Assembly: GCF_009914755.1 (NCBI RefSeq)
Contig: NC_060943.1
Source of the DNA: the human T2T-CHM13v2.0 reference genome, Homo sapiens
Length of the DNA: 64,000 bases
Direction: 5' to 3' (one strand)
Part shown: piece after piece, positions 1-17,269 of the stretch
Position numbering within the stretch: position 1 is the stretch's first letter
Layout of the letters: each line of letters starts with the position of its first letter
Translations under genes and position numbers: made by a program
Notes under the pieces: model-generated
The model's database searches: none
Seen by the model: the letters and a program-made list of their open reading frames with translations, nothing else
Told to the model about the DNA's origin: nothing

Positions 1-2745
1 TGCATAGTATTCCATGGTGTATATGTGCCATATTTTCTTTATCCAGTCTATGATTGATGGGCATCTGGGTTGGTTCCAAGTCTTTGCTATTATGAATAGT
101 GCTGCAATAAACATACACGTGCATTCATCTTTATAGTAGAATGATTTATAATCCTTTGGGTATGTACCCAGTAATGGGATTGCTGGGTCAAATGGTATTT
201 CTGGTTCTAGATCCTTGAGGAATTGCCACACTGTCTTCCACAATGGTTCAACTAATTGACACTCCCACCAACAGTGTAAAAGCATTACTATTTTTCCACA
301 TTCTCTCCAGCATCTGTTGTTTCCTGACTTTTTAATGATCGCCATTCTAACTGGCATCAGAATGTATCTCATCGTGGTTTTGATTTACATTTCTCTAATG
401 ACCCATGATGATGGGCTTTCTTTCATATGTTTGTTGGCCGCATAAATGTCTTCTTTTGAGAAGTGTTTGTTCATATCCTTTGCCCACTTTTTGATGGGGT
501 TGTTTTTTGCCTGTAAGTTTGTTTAAGTTCCTTGTCGATTTTGGATATTAGACCCTTGTCAGATGGGTAGCTTGCAAAAATTTTCTCCCATTCTGTAGGT
601 TGCCAGATCACTCTGATGATAGTTTCTTCTGCTGTGCAGAAGCTCTTTAATTTGATTAGATCCCATTTGTTAATTTTGGCTTTTGTTGCAATTGCTATTG
701 GTGTTTTAGTCATGAAGTCTTTGCCCATGCCTATGTCCTGAATGGTATGGCCTAGGTTTATTTCTAGCGTTTTTATGGTTTTGGGTTTTACATTTAAGTC
801 TTTAATCAATCTTGAGTTAATTTTTGTATAAGGTGTAATGAAGGGGTTCAGTTTCTATTTTCTGCACATGTCTAGCCAGTTTTCCCAGCACCATTAAATA
901 GGGAATCCTTTCCCCATTGCTTTTTTTGTCAGGTTTATCAAGATCAGATGGTTGTAGATGTGTGGTGTTATTTCTGAGGTCTCTGCTCTGTACCATTGGT
1001 CTATATATCTGTTTTGGTACCAGTACCATGCTGTTTTGGTTACTGTAGCCTTGTAGTATAGTTTGAAGTCAGGTAGCCTGATGCCTCCTCTAGCTTTGTT
1101 ATTTTTGCTTAGGATTGTCTTGGCTATACAGGCTCTTTTTTGATTCTATATGAAATTTAAAGTAGTTTTTTCTAATTCTGCAAAGAAAGTCAGTGGTACC
1201 TTGATGGGAATAGCATTGAATCTATAAATTACTGTGGGCAGTATGGTGGCCATTCTCTTGATATTGATTCTTCCTATCCATGAGCATGGAGTGTTTTTCC
1301 ATTTGTTTGTGTCCTCTCTTATTTCCTTGGGCAGTTGTTTGTAGTTCTCCTTGAAGAAGTCCTTCACATCCCTTGTAAGTTGTATTCCTAGGTATTTTAT
1401 TCTCTTTCTAGCAATTGTGAATGGGAGTTCACTCATGATTTGGCTGTTTGTCTATTGTTGGTGGATAGGAATGCTTGTGAATTTTGCATGTTGATTTTGT
1501 ATCCTGAGACTTTGCTGAAGTTGCTTATCAGCTTAAGGAGTTTTTGGGCTGAGATGATGGGGTTTCCTACATATACAATTATGTCATATGCAAACAGAAA
1601 CAATTAGACTTCCTCTCTTCCTATTTGAATATGCTTTATTTCTTTCTCTTGCCTGATTGCCCCAGCCAGAACTTCCAATACTATGTTGAATAGGAGTGGT
1701 GAGAGAGAACATCCTTGTCTTGTGCTGGTTTTCAAAGGGAATGCTTCCAGATTTTGCCCATTTCATATGATATTGCCTATGGGTTTGTCATAAATATCTC
1801 ACTATTTTCAGATATGTTCCATCAATACCTAGTTTATTGAGATTTTTTTTAGCATGAAGGGATATTCAATTTTATCTAAGGCCTTTCTTTATTGAGATAA
1901 TCATGTGGTTTTTGTCATTGGTTCTGTTTATGTTATGGATTATGATTATTGATTTGCGTATGTTGAACCAGCCTTGCATCCCAGGGATGAAGCTGACTTG
2001 ATTGTGGTTGATAAGCTTTTTGATGTGCTGCTGAATTTGGTTTGCCAGTATTTTATGGAGGATTTCCGCATTGATGTTCATCAGGGATATTGGCCTGAAA
2101 TTTTCTTTTTTTGTTGTATCTCTGCCAGGTTTTGGTTTGAGGGTGATGCTGGCCTCATAACATGGGTTATGGAGGAATCCCTCTTTTTCTATTGTTTATA
2201 ATAGTTTCAGAAGGAATGGTACCAGCTCCTCTTTGTAGAATTCGGTAGAATTTGGCTGTAAATCCATCTGGTCCTGGGCTATTTTGGTGGCAGACTATTA
2301 ATTACTGCCTTAATTTCAGAAATTGTTATTGGTCTACTCAGGGATTCGACTTCTTCCTGATTTAGTCTTGGGAGGATTTATGTGTCCAGGAATTTTTCCA
2401 TTTCTTCTAGATTTTCTATTTATTTGTGTAGAGGTATTTATAGTATTCTCTGATGGTAATTTGTATTTCTGTGGGATCAGTGGTGATATCCTGTTTATAA
2501 TTTTTCGTTGTGTCTATTTGATTCTTCTCTCTTTTCTTCTTCATTAGTGTAGCTAGTTGTCCATGTAATTTTGTTAATCTTTTCAAAAAACCAGGTCCTG
2601 GATTCATTGATTTTTTTGAAGAATATTTCATGTCTCTATCTCCTTCAGTTCTGCTCTGATCTTAGTTATTTCTTGCCTTCTGCTAGCTTTTGAATTTGTT
2701 TGCTGTTGCTTCTCTAGTTCTTTTAATTGTGATGTTAAGGTGTTG
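1..2745 (-). mobile_element. LINE-1 (older L1PA-type) ORF2 region, 5'-truncated, runs off the window start
   Basis: Minus-strand ORF fragments are recognisable L1 ORF2 ([41 protein letters not shown]), broken by stops and frameshifts. Confidence 0.93.
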
Positions 2746-2751
2746 ATAGGA

Positions 2752-2905
2752 AGGCTGGGCACCTTCCTATCAGGTAGATGGTCTAGAGCTCCAGACAGCA
2801 CCAACTCCTCCTCATGGCCTCTTTCTCCTCCTACAACTCTTCATTCTCAAGCCTCAGCCCTTTCCCGAGATAGGAAGGACAAGACCATGTTTCAGGTTGG
2901 TTGTT
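2752..2905 (+). pseudogene. Orphan, inverted paralogous copy of the ZNF229 small coding exon with flanking intron
   Basis: Closely matches the reverse complement of ~21335-21491 (ctcttcattctcaagcctcagcc...catgt[t/c]tcag|gt). The acceptor reads ctacaa instead of ctacag. Confidence 0.75.
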
Positions 2906-5644
2906 TTCTCTTGTGAAATACCACCTCAGGCATCAGAAAGCAAACATACCTCCCCCGCTGGTAAAAGGAAAAAGAGTGAAAATGTATTGTGTGAATACAT
3001 TACATTTCTATGTGAGGCAGAGTGTGTGATTCTGTTTTAGAGATGAAGAAAGGAATGGTGGATCTCAGACTTAAACCCAGGTCAGTACGACTTCATGATC
3101 TGCCTTTCTGCTCTGCTTGCTGCCTGCCTATGATAGCTTCATGCAAGGGCCCATGCCCAGATTATGCAGAGAGATGACTCTTAATGGTTGCACTCTTAGT
3201 GGTTAAAATAGGGTCTGACATAGTATCTATTGACTGGCCAAATGTCAGTAGTAGCCATTCGAGAGGCTGAATGTGATATACAGTCACTCCTGATGGCCAA
3301 ATTGCACAATCCCATGTTACACTGTGACTCTGGGGTTCAGTGCAACAGGCTTAGGTGTTTTCGGTATTCTTAGCAACACATCTGGATGCAAGAGATTGCT
3401 CAAGTCATCTTAAAGGCATAGTGTTACTTCACAAAGCCCTTATTATACTTGAGATATGTGCATTCAGGCTGACGACTGTCCTGAAGTATAGTTGCAACTT
3501 GTTTAGATCCACAAATGCTTCTGGGATATTGGTATCCTTTGTATCTGAACCCACCTTACCAAACGGCCACATCAACTTCTTGGTAGGACACAATGTTACT
3601 ATCAGCATGAACCTTATATTCTGACCAGACCCATCTCCCCTACCAACCCACTCCAGTTAGAGACAACTTGCTTAATATCTGTCTCTATGTACTACCAGAT
3701 TTTATTTCCAATGTTGTCCCCACAGACGGGCTGCTTTTACAACTCTGCAAATCCCCTTAAACTTGTATTAACCTTTCTACCATATAGCATTAAAAAAAAT
3801 GACACCAGAGAGTAACACCTCATTTTATCTCATAGAAGGCACTGAATTCCTACCCCTACAGTAACCCATTGCACAACAGTTGCAGCTTTCTCTCCTTAAC
3901 TGTCTGTATACCTTACTGCCACTGAAATCCTAGCAGCTGGGTGGCACCTGAGTAAACTTTAGGCAACCCCGTGAGACCTCAAGGACTGCAGACCCCAAAG
4001 TAGAAAAGAGACAACACAAGTGCACAAGGCAGACTCACTGTTGGCATGTCCATCCTATCCACATTAGTCTCCCATGATTACATAGGTGGTGTGGTTTTAA
4101 GATGTGACCCCTCCCCTTAAGTGTAGCCTAGACTTAGTACTCATGAATATAGCAGAAGTGATGGTGACTTAAGAGACTGGGTCATAAAAGGCACCCTGGC
4201 TTCTGGCTTGCTCTCTCCTTTCTGATTACTTACTCGGGGGGATGTCAGTTGCTACAAGATGAAGGCCTTTAGCCCTGGGAGGCCCACAAGGTGAGAAACT
4301 GAGACCTCTATTAACAGCCAGCAAGGAACTGAAGGCTCCTGCCTGAAGTGATCTTGGGAGCAGACCTTGTAGGCCCCAGTCCAGCATTCAGATGACTGCA
4401 GCCCCTGCCAACATTTGACAGCTGCCTCCAGAACACTGGGGGAGATACTGCCCAGAATTTGAGGAGTCTGCTGACAACCTCTGGGAATACAGAATGAGTT
4501 AAACTTTTCAGCCACAAACTTTGAGGTCTGAGGGGTGTCTGCATTTGTTCTGTTGGCCATAAAACCCTACATCCCAAGTGACTCTGCTGCAGTTCCATAA
4601 ATTACTTTTCATCCCTACCCCTTGCCCCCTTCTGAAACCTTATTTCCCACGGTAAATACTTTGGTTATCTATATATAAAGTGCCTGTTCCCCACCTCTTG
4701 ACATGTCTTCTCTCTTTGGCAGCTCCAGGCAGCAGAAGGCTCAGACCAGAGCAGACCCAGGTCTCCTGAGTCACCAAGACAGAGAGCTTATCCTGGAGGA
4801 ACACATGATGGTGTGCTGCCCTCTACAAAACCAGGCTTGTGGGCTCACTAGTTCAAGAAGGCAGGACTGAAAAATGGAAACACCGTGGCTCCTAATTATC
4901 TAGACTGCCTCATCTCCTACCAGCCAGCAAAAATGATGTAGCCTCTGAGAATATTTACATCACTCATTTGTATGCCTTATCTTTGGTACAGGGAGTTGGG
5001 TGAACAGGAGAAAAAGCCAAAAAAGTTATAGAGGTTACAACATGAATCTTTAATCATAAGGGATTGTTCCATCAGGCTAATTTATAAAAAATAGCTCTAC
5101 TGTTATTATAAAACTGAAAGATACTTTGTTACAAAGTAAAATACATAAAAGTACAACATATGTATTATACATTCAGAATCCCACCACTAGAGATAAGTAG
5201 TTATATGTCCTCTCCCACATCTTTTTTTCTCTGTTGCTCTAAACATACACACAGAAAAACATACTAACAAAATGGGGTCATGCTATAATTGTTGTTCTAA
5301 AACTCTCCTGGTTCACTAAATACTTCATGAGCAACCTGCATTGTCATTATCTGTGTGCCTGAAGATTTCTAGTGGCTTTCCATTGCATACATATGCCTGA
5401 ACTTATCTAAAAAATTTCCTACCAATGGAAACTGGAATATTAACATTTGCTATTTTAAAAATGTTTTAAATTTAAAAACTCCACCTTCTGCATGCGTTTT
5501 TGCCCAAGTGGGCAACTATCTCCCAAGTATCAATTACTACATATTTACTGCCACTTCAAAGGTTATAGAAATTGAATTGATACGTTAATGAATTCTTTTG
5601 AAAACAATGCACGGATTTTCTCTCTCACCAATAAGTACATAAGA

Positions 5645-5998
5645 CTTATTACGTCCATTTTTGCACTGCTATAAAGAACTACCTGAGACTAGGTAATTTG
5701 CAAAGGAAAGAGGTTTAACTCACACACAGTTCCACATGGCTGGGGAGGCCTCCGAAAACTTAGTCATGGCAGAACGCAAAAGAGAAATAAGGACCTTCTT
5801 CACAAGGGGACAGGAGAGAGACAGCGAGGAAGGGCTACACCTTAAAACCATCAGCTCTCATGAGAACTCACTATCATGAGAACAGCAAGGGAGAAATCTG
5901 CCCTCGTGATCCAATCATCTCCCACCAAGGCCCTCCTCTGACACGTGGGGATTAAAATTGAGATGAGATTTGGGTGGGGACAAGAGCCAAACCATATC
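5645..5998. mobile_element. MaLR solo LTR (MST/THE1-like)
   Basis: Typical motifs: ctgctataaagaactacctgagact, ctcatgagaactcactatcatgagaacagca, gagatttgggtggggaca...caaaccatatca. Confidence 0.75.
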
Positions 5999-7080
5999 AG
6001 ACTGTTTCTACAACCCCCCCCCCCCGCCCCCACTGATGGGGGATTTGATGATTCTATTTTAATACTGCTAACCTGCAGGGTGAAATAGCATTTGTGATTT
6101 TTAAGATACCTAATATTTGATATGTTAAACTATGAAATGAACTGGAGCAAAACCATTATATTCATGACAGCAATAAAACAAATTCCTAGAAATATGCTTA
6201 AGATGACTCAGAACCTATTTTTAACCATCTCTAAGAAATATTACTGAGGGACCATATGAAATACTATCAGTGGTAAAAAAAAAAAGTCATTTTTTTAAAG
6301 TGAAAAAAAATCAGCATTTCAAAGACGCCACATTCTTTCAAAATTAACCTATAAATTCAATGCAATGCCAATTAATAAATTTATTTAATTAATAATTCAA
6401 TGCAATGCCAATCAGATTTTGCTTTTTGAACCTGGAAAGAAGACATATTTCTGTAGTGTACTACAACTCCTCTGAAAGCTGTAAAGCTTACCTGCAAGAT
6501 AAAACAGTCATAAAAACATGATAAAAATGTGAGACACACACATCACCCAGATCTGCCAAGAGAACTTTGTTCCTGGTCTTCTCAGAGTGACTTGTTTCAA
6601 TAAATGTTAATGTTATCTTTTTGTTTTTATAAAGCGATCTTTAAAAAGATATGTACCAAACTGGTTTTAGAAAGGTGGAAACTTGTTTCTACACTGTCCC
6701 ATTGGTAGCTATCAACCCACACAAAGAATCTATGTCCATAATTAGCACCTTGGAAACATTCTCACCACTTGTACATTGTAAAAGCTCCCTCCCAGGCAGA
6801 TTCTGATGGAAGTGAGGATTATTACTGAAACCACTGCTGCACTGTTTCTTTAAAGCCTACTCCGCTGCACAACAGACTCTTAAAGACTGAAGTTTGTAAC
6901 TGAAGTGCTAACCTATTTATCACACGTCCAGGTGTTCCCTTCCTATGCAGACTAGAAAATGTAAAATCATCAGTTTCTCCTATAGCCCTCCTACATGTCA
7001 CTTTCCTATGGTTTTTCTCCTGTGTTGGCTCTCAGATGGATAGAAAGCTCTGAGTCCCAGATGGAATCCTCTATGTACAT

Positions 7081-9339
<2,259 letters not shown>

Positions 9340-10574
9340 TCAGAGATGAGAACTAGTAAAAGACTGGCTCAGGGACATCAGACTTTCAGACTTGAACTAA
9401 TAATAGCCTAGAGAAAAATTAGGCTTTATGTATCATAACTATTACAGCACTTATGTTTATGACAAGAGGAGGCTCCTATTAATAAGTTTTGAAGCTAAAT
9501 GCTAGTATGATCCTATTAGTACCAAACTATGTCTCATCATAGAATTGCCAGGCAAAAAAAGAATTTCGGAACAGATTTTTATAGAGAAAGTTCACTTCTT
9601 CGCTTAATAATGCTGTTATAACTAATAATATCTGACACTATTGTAACACTTCCTATCTGCCAATGATGTACACATATTAACTGACTTAAACCTCAGAATA
9701 ATACTGAAGTAGAAACCATTATATTACCTTCATTTTCCAATGATGAAACCAAGTCAGAGAGAGGGTAGGTAACCTAGCACACTATTCCACCATACTGTGA
9801 GGCAGTGGTGGAGCTGGCATTTAAATGCAGGAAGCCCACACGGCCTTCTCCCTGCACTGTGTCTCAGGGGTGACTGTACTTCTGGGTATTTGTGAGCCAT
9901 ACTTCAGGAGGGTGCCAAATTTTCCAAAGTGCACCACCTGTGTCATCTTGTGTGAGCAGATGCAATAGGAATCCAGAAAATACTGTTAAGGCAGGAAGAC
10001 ACACAAATATTTGACTTATGACTATTACTTATGCCTTGAGAACCTTTGGATCCCAGGCTGCAAAGGATCAAACTGTCATATTTACCACAGTTCTGGATGA
10101 TTTTAAAAATTTGTCCATGTTTTCTGATATTCTTTATTGCCTATTTTTATCTTTCAGGGCTTGGGTAACAAGAACCTGTTTATAACCAGGGACTAGTACA
10201 ATACTAGAAGAAAGTGAGAAATTCATCTGAGGACTCTCAATATTCTGGGACAGTCTCTGCCACTGGCTTGCCTTCTACTGCCTGGCTGTTTCTATTAGAG
10301 GGACGGAAGTCCAGAGGTCCCTCGCTCATTCTGGGTATGATATTCTGTGAAAGGCATAGAGAAACCATGAGAAGGTAGGAACTGAACGGAAGAAATGAAG
10401 TTGCAGAATAATCATCTACAATGCTGCCAACAGTACCCACAGGCAAGACAAGGGGTGAGGAATGGGACCTCCTGTGGGCAAGCTCACTTCTCACTGCCCA
10501 GCAAGGCTCTTGTCTCCAAGACCTCTAGGCCTCATGGTTCTCACCTGGAGATGCATTTCTTGGAGTTTCTCCAT

Positions 10575-10905
10575 CTGTTACCCCAGTCTTCAAAAATTCC
10601 TATGTTGAAATCCTAAATCCCAACGTGATACCATTAGGAGGTGGTGGGTCTTCCGGAGGTAATTAAGTCATGGAGGTGGAACCCCCAGGAAAGAAATTAG
10701 TGTCCTTAGAAAACAGATGCCCAGAGAGCTCTTCTCTGCTACGTGAGGACACAAAAGGAAGTCAGCTATCTGCACCCTGACAGAGGGTCCTCACCAGAAC
10801 CCAACTATGCTGGCACCCTGATCTCAGACTGTGCCTTCCAGAAATAAGCTTCTGTTGTTTATATGCCACTCAGTCTGGCAATTTTTTACAGCAGCTGAAA
10901 CTAAG
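10575..10905. mobile_element. MLT1-type MaLR LTR in the ZNF229 intron
   Basis: Motifs tatgttgaaatcctaa, ccctcaccagaac...tgctggcaccctgatctcagact, aaataagcttctgttgtttata, cagcagctgaaactaaga. Confidence 0.65.
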
Positions 10906-10988
10906 AGTTCTATAAAAATAGGATTTAACCTGTGTAAAAAAGCCAAAAATATCTTCTCTCCAGGAACAAGAACACTCCAAGAAGTTCA

Positions 10989-11144
<156 letters not shown>

Positions 11145-11239
11145 CTAAAATGAAAAACCATTAACACAAACATCTACTAGATGAAGACAAACTGGTGTCC
11201 ACAGAGCAGGTTTATAGAAATAAAAAAATTTAAAAATCT

Positions 11240-11641
11240 GGATTAAGAAAATGTGGCACATATACACCATGGAATACTATGCAGCCATAAAAAATGATGA
11301 GTTCATGTCCTTTGTAGGGACATGGATGAAGCTGGAAACCATCATTCTCAGCAAACTATCGCAAGGACAAAAAAACCAAACTCCGCATGTTCTCACTCAT
11401 AGGTGGGAATTGAACAATGAGAAGACATGGACACAGGAAGGGGAACATCACACACCGGGGACTGTTGTGGGCTGGGGGGAGTGGGGAGGGATAGCATTAG
11501 GAGATATACCTAATGCTAAATGACGAGGTAATGGGTGCAGCACACCAACACGGCACATGTATACATATGTAACTAACCTGCACATTGTGCACATGTACCC
11601 TAAAACTTAAAGTATAATAATAATAAAATTAAATAAATAAA
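11240..11641 (+). mobile_element. Short 5'-truncated L1PA 3' end with A-rich tail
   Basis: L1 ORF2 C-terminus (MWHIYTMEYYAAIKNDEFMSF), L1 3'UTR and an (aata)n tail. Apparent TSD TAAAAATCT at 11231-11239 and 11642-11650. Confidence 0.9.
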
Positions 11642-11839
11642 TAAAAATCTAAACAATAAAGATAAACTGCATATCTCTAAAAAAAGAAGACAAGATAGCA
11701 GGAAGTTGTTCAGCCCGGTGTGTCAACTCCAGTTTATTAATGTTTGGTGCCAGTAATTTCAATTCTAACCAACTGAACTACCCCAGATATGCAGCATCAA
11801 GCAAGAAACACATCATATCCTGTGCTCACTTGGGGCACT

Positions 11840-12125
11840 TTTTTTTGGACACAGGGTCTCTTACTTTGTAGCTCAGGATGGCATGCACTGGTGCAATCAC
11901 AGCTCACTGCAGCCTCAATCTCCAGGGTTCAAGCAATCCCCATGCCTCACTCAACCTCCCAAGTAGCTAGGACTACAGGCATGCACCACCACATCCAGCT
12001 AATTTTTATTTTTTTGTAGAGATGGGACCTTGCTATGCTGCTCCGGCTGGTCTCAAATTCATGGCTTCAAGTGATTCTACCATCTTAGCCTCACAAAGTG
12101 TTGGGATTAACAGGGGTGAGCCACT
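11840..12125 (-). mobile_element. Alu (old, AluJ-like)
   Basis: Reverse Alu dimer with poly-T head; diverged. Confidence 0.8.
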
Positions 12126-12146
12126 GATATTTGGATATTTGCCCAC

Positions 12147-12830
<684 letters not shown>

Positions 12831-13587
12831 CCTAGCCCACTGTGAGCACTTCTTCAGGAAATTTCTCTGAACTGGATCAGGTGAATCACCTGTCTGCACA
12901 TTTTATAATCTGACTCTGACTTGTAGATTGCCAAATTTTTCTCCAAGAAGTCTGTTACAATTTACAGTTCCAACAGTGCCTAGTTTACTGTGCCCATGCC
13001 TGCATGTACCCCGAAAACATTCTCTCTGCCAGAATGATGGTTCTTTCCCAATCATTCACTACCCTTCCATCACCAGGTAGGCAAATCCTGCTCTTTGCTA
13101 CCACAGCCCCTCTTCCCTTCCACACTCTTTTTAAGGGACTTCCATGTCAACAACTGACAGAAATCAGCTAATTTATGTCATGCAACCATCTCCTCAACCA
13201 GGTGAGACCTCAAAAGTAGCATTTTGAACCAAGGAATTTCAAACTATGCTGTGTCCCCTTCAGCTACGAATGGTGGCCTGTGTTTTTAAAGCTAATTGTT
13301 CCAGTTCAGTGAGAATAAATGGCAGTCATGTATTCTGCAATACAGTGATCATCAAAATATTACTGTAATATCATTGCTGTCTTCACTTGGACAGTGGCAA
13401 GCTTTCTTGAGAACTGCATATGAGGGCTCTCAGAATTATACTTTGCCTTCAGCATGTCCCTGGAGTACCTGCGACAAGGTATTGCAAGTTAAGAATGAGA
13501 TGAATGCTTTCACTTGACTTTTTTATTTAAGTCATGCATATATTTTTGATACGAAGGAATGGTAGCTATAGAAAGTTTTAGTACATA

Positions 13588-13937
13588 TTACATGGTTTGT
13601 CTCTGTCCCCACCCAAATCTCATCTTAAATTGTAGCTCCCATAATTCCCACGTGTTATGGGAGGGACCTGATGGGAGGAAATTGAATCATGGGGGGTGGG
13701 TCTTTCCCATGCTGTTCTCATGATGGTGAATAAGTCTCACAAGATCTGATGGCTTTATAAACAGGAATTCCCCTCCACAGCCTCTCTTGCCTGCCACCAT
13801 GTAAGACATCCCTTGCTCTTCCACCATGAGTGTGAGGCCTCCCCAACCATGCGGAACTGTGACTCAAGCCTCTTTCCTTTATAAATTACCCAGTCTCGAG
13901 TATGTCTTTATTAGTAGCATGAGAACAGACTAATACA
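13588..13937. mobile_element. THE1/MST MaLR solo LTR
   Basis: atggtttgtctctgtccccacccaaatctcatctt ... agcatgagaacagactaataca. Confidence 0.8.
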
Positions 13938-14939
13938 GAATGCATACCATATTACTTTTTCAGGAAATATTCAGTACCTATAAAATAATGTTAGGCACCA
14001 GGAATTAGAGAGATGAGCCAAAAAGCTAGAGTTTCATGGAGCTAGTATTGGCAGTTCCTAAAACCAGATCCAGGTCGTATGATTGGCCATGAGGACTCAC
14101 AGGAGCTGATATACAGTGACACTCATGGCTAAGACTTACTACGGTGAAAGAAAATAAAACACAATCATCAAGGGGAAAAGACGCATGGGGTGAACTTGGA
14201 AAGAAACCAGGTGCAAGCTTCCAAGAGTCCTTTCCTACTGAAGTCACACAGATATGCTTAATTCCTCCAAAAATAAATTGCAACAAGGCCTGTGAAATGC
14301 TGTCTATCAGAGAAGATCAGCGGAGACTCGGTGCCCAGGGTTTTCATTGGGGCCTGGACACATAGGTACCTCCTGACTTCCTGACTAGCACATACCAAAG
14401 TTTCAGACTTCCAGAAAAGCAGGTTTTCAGTAGAAACCATATTGTTTGCAGACAGTCCAGGTACTGTATGCCATTCTTATCAGAAGCAATGTTTACAGAG
14501 GCAAATGCTTTGTTTGAGAAAGTAAAACTGGATCTAAATTCTGAGGCATAAGTAGAAATTAACTGAGGGAAAACAGAGGAGAGAAAATTCCACACAGTGG
14601 GAACAGTTGGTGAAAACCCTTAAGTGGTAAGAAGCACGGCACATGTATCTTAGCCTCAGGCAATGCCGCTGTGAAGTAGGCGGTGGCCAGATCACTCAGG
14701 GCCTCTTAGGCTACATTGATGATTTTGGTCTTTCCCAAAAGCAGGAAACAAATAAACACTGAAGGGTAGTTTACAGTGGGTAGTGATAAGATTAGGTGAG
14801 CTGTCTTAAAATTATGAACCCGACACAGCATGGAAAAACATAGCAATGGATCAAGTATAGATACAAGGAGACCACATTGGAGGCCACTGCAATATTTACA
14901 GGGAGACATGTTGGCCCGGACTCGGACATGGGAGGATTA

Positions 14940-15562
14940 CTTCAGCCTAGGAGTTTTACATCAGCCTGGGCAACATGGCAAGACCCCATATCTATAAAAA
15001 ATAGAAAAAGTAGTGGCATGTGGTAGTGTGCACCTGTAGTCCCAGCTGTTCGGGAGGCTGAGGTGGAAGCCTGGGGGTTCAAGGCTGCAGTGAGCTGAGA
15101 ACGTACCACTGCACTCCAGCCTGGGTGACAGAGAGAACCGTGTCTCAAACAACAACAACTACAAAAACCAACACCAACCCAAAAACCACCATAAAAAAAG
15201 GGCACCATTACTAAGTTCTAGCCAAACTTTAATTCCAACACCATTTTTTTAATCAAATTTCTAAATTTCAAAAGTAGGTGTTTAAGCCAGGCACAGTGGC
15301 TCCTGCCGGTCATCCCAGCACTTTGTGAGGCCAAGATGGGAGGATCACTTGATTCCAGGAGTTTGAGACCAGCCTTGGCAACATAGGGAGACCTACATCT
15401 CTACAAAAAATAAAATAAGCTAGGTGTGATGGCGCACCTGTAGTCCCAGCTACTTGAGGTGGAAGAATCACTTGAGCCTGGGAGGTCAATGCTGCAGTGA
15501 GCTGTGGCTGCACCACTGCACTCCAGCCTGGGTGACACAGCGAGACTGTGTCTTAAAAAAAA
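14940..15562 (+). mobile_element. Two old Alu elements (~14940-15150 partial; ~15285-15562)
   Basis: Alu arm motifs (gcactccagcctgggtgaca) with A-rich tails. Confidence 0.75.
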
Positions 15563-16128
15563 GTTGGTATTCAATGCAGATGTACAAGTAACTCGGTGAA
15601 CCAGAGCACAGAATGCAGGAGCAGTCAGGTCCATGTGAAATATCAATCAATTGCTGTATTTCCTTCTGTCTTTGTATTTGATATGTATACATACATATAT
15701 GTGTGTGTATATATATATATTTTATATATTTACATGTACAAACATAAATATATATATATTTACACACACACAAATGAGGGTGGTATTTTGGTTGACTCGA
15801 AAAAGAATGATTGATGTAAAAATAACATTTTCATAACTGGCTATCCATCTTGAAGAAATGAACTTAAATGTCAACCTTATGTCATTTACAAAAATAAATT
15901 ACAGTTATACTAGGGATAAAACATTTTTTCAGACCTTGCTGATGAGAAAAACATTTTTAATATAAATATTAAAGAGCCATTTAGATGACTTTTTGATTAA
16001 TCTGAGAATGGATAAGGTCTTTTGAAACTACATGAAACTAAATTTTCAAAAGGGAACTAATAAATCATTTAACTATATAAGAACCTTAAACTTCTTTACA
16101 GTTACCATTAAGAAAGTAAAAATTAAGA

Positions 16129-16912
16129 AGACATACATGCAGCCAACAAACATATTTAAAAATGGTCAACATGACTACAGAAATGAAAATCAAAACCACG
16201 AGATACCACCTCACCCCAGTCAGAATGGCTATTATTAAGAAGTCAAAAAGCAACAAACGCTGGCAAGGTTGTGGAGAAAAAAGAACATTTATACACTGCT
16301 GGTGGAAATATAAATTAGTTTAGACATCATACAAAGCAGTGTGGTGATTCCTAAAAGAACTTAAAACAGAACTACCATTCAACCCAGCAATCCCATTATT
16401 GGGTATATACCCAAAGGAATATAAATTATTCTACCATAAAGACACATGCACACACATGTTCACTGCAGCACTACTGACAATAGAAAAGACATGAAATCAA
16501 ACTAAATGCCCATCAACAGTAGACTAGATAAATAAAATGTGGAACATATACACCATGGAATACTATACAGCCATAAAATAGAATGAGATCATATCCTCTG
16601 CAGCAACATGGAAGGAGCTGGAGGCCATTATCCTAAGCAAAGTAATGCAGGAACAGAAAATCAAATACTGCATGTTCTCACTTATAAGTAGGAGGTAAAT
16701 GATGAGAACGCTTAGACACACAGAGGGAACAACAGACACAGAGGCCTACTTGAGAGTGGATAGTGGGAGGAGGGAGAGGATCAGGAAAAATAAATAATAG
16801 GCATTAGGCTTATTGCCTGAGTGACAAAATAATCTGTACAACAAACCCCCATGCCATGCAATTCACCTATATAACAAACCTGCCTATGTACCCTGAACCT
16901 AAAATTTTTAAA
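16129..16912 (+). mobile_element. L1PB-like 3' fragment
   Basis: L1 3' ORF2 and UTR sequence flanked by degenerate direct repeats (aagaaagtaaaaattaaga / aaaaaagtaaagattgaga). Confidence 0.8.
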
Positions 16913-17269
16913 AAAGTAAAGATTGAGAGAAAATAATTATAACACTTTTGATAAGTGTTTAGAAGGGCTTCTAAAAACATGGTAAAAATGAATTAATGAG
17001 AAAATAGGCAAAAGTATTTCCTAAGCAATTTACTGATGAGAAAATACAAATATAGCCAATATACATATGAAAAAGTGCTTATCATGTTTACAATGCAGGA
17101 AACTGCAAAATAAAATGGGGCATCTTTGCCACATATCCTCCATCAGATGAGCAAAAATATTTAGTACTAATCATTCTTGGGATTGAATGTGTGCAGAACA
17201 GCAAAAATTGCTATGATTTCTTCTCAAATATTGTGGCAATAATATATTAACAGTTTACAACGAAGTGTG

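Noticed and set aside
3140-4560. Possible ERVL/MaLR internal and LTR remnants
   Set aside because: Too degraded to assign boundaries or family by eye.
6353-6413. Short direct repeat aattcaatgcaatgccaat
   Set aside because: Small slippage duplication in an old L1-like fragment, with no sign of function.
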